Positions 63,803-64,000 of a DNA stretch of 64,000 nucleotides are shown piece by piece; within the stretch, counting starts at the first letter, position 1, and the number at the start of each line of letters is the position of its first letter. The notes beneath the pieces were generated by a model, which was not told the DNA's origin, made no database searches, and worked only from the letters and a program-made list of their open reading frames with translations. The DNA lies in NCBI GenBank assembly GCA_016939335.1, contig JAFGHC010000030.1:15230-79229 (forward strand), given 5' to 3'. A program made the position numbers and the translations under genes. The DNA is from Candidatus Saganbacteria bacterium (GTDB taxonomy: Bacteria; Margulisbacteria; WOR-1; O2-12-FULL-45-9; XYB2-FULL-48-7).

Positions 63803-64000
63803 TATTGCTTCATTTTGTCGAGCGAGGCCAGCATTCCCTGATAGCTGGAGACCGCCTTGGTCACCGTGTCAAAGACCCGCTGGACGGCCACCATTCTCAT
63901 CATCTCGGAAATGACGTTGACGTTGCTCTGCTCCAGCGAGTACTGCACCAGTGAGCCATAACCATTCTGGGCGGCGGTGCCGATCGACTCTTCGCCCGCC
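63803..64000 (-). CDS. flgG: Flagellar basal-body rod protein FlgG (C-terminal part; 5' end beyond window)
   Basis: Reverse-complement translation ends ..GYGSLVQYSLEQSNVNVISEMMRMVAVQRVFDTVTKAVSSYQGMLASLDKMKQ*, matching the FlgG C-terminus (..LEMSNVNVVEEMVNMI..QRAYE..). Confidence 0.7.

Overview
This 64 kb high-GC (~60%) chromosomal segment has patchy low-GC inserts and looks like an uncultivated diderm bacterium, since flagellar P-ring and L-ring genes (flgI, flgH) are present. It falls into three blocks. (1) 1-29951: an about 30 kb minus-strand operon for modified-sugar and glycan biosynthesis. It is driven by a perfect consensus sigma-70 promoter at 29968-29996. It encodes a CDP-hexose pathway: rfbF/ddhA, rfbG/ddhB, and an intein-containing ddhC/rfbH-type 3-dehydrase. 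It also encodes a YerE-like thiamine-diphosphate enzyme, a short NeuB-like synthase with a KdsC-like phosphatase, a TylCIII-like C-methyltransferase, and FkbM and class I methyltransferases. There are eight radical-SAM enzymes: three 330-aa SPASM paralogs, two Rossmann-rSAM fusions, two B12-binding rSAMs and one other. Two tandem GT2 plus Wzx-flippase modules are separated by a wHTH regulator. A GT-C membrane glycosyltransferase and a four-helix-bundle gene cassette bracketed by inverted TTGTTTAATT arrays complete the block. (2) 30002-54448: housekeeping genes tyrS, aroB, aroK, tRNA-Arg(CCU), panB, cdaA, lysA, cimA/leuA, udg, pta, rfbBA, rph, coaD, rsmD, recG and rpmB. They are interrupted by a class II Fic gene and an adjacent low-GC island of small membrane or unknown proteins carrying a 14-nt poly-C tract, plus several dispersed palindromic and MITE-like repeat families. 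(3) 54426-64000: a minus-strand flagellar basal-body and export cluster in the order flgG-flgA-flgH-flgI-flgJ(rod-binding)-fliA-flgB-flgC-fliE-fliF-fliG(short)-fliH-fliI-fliJ. It has an unusually truncated FliG and a heptanucleotide tandem repeat at the 5' end of flgH. No CRISPR array, rRNA or obvious transposase was seen. The ORF track uses GTG/TTG starts (for example rfbG and flgH begin with GTG).
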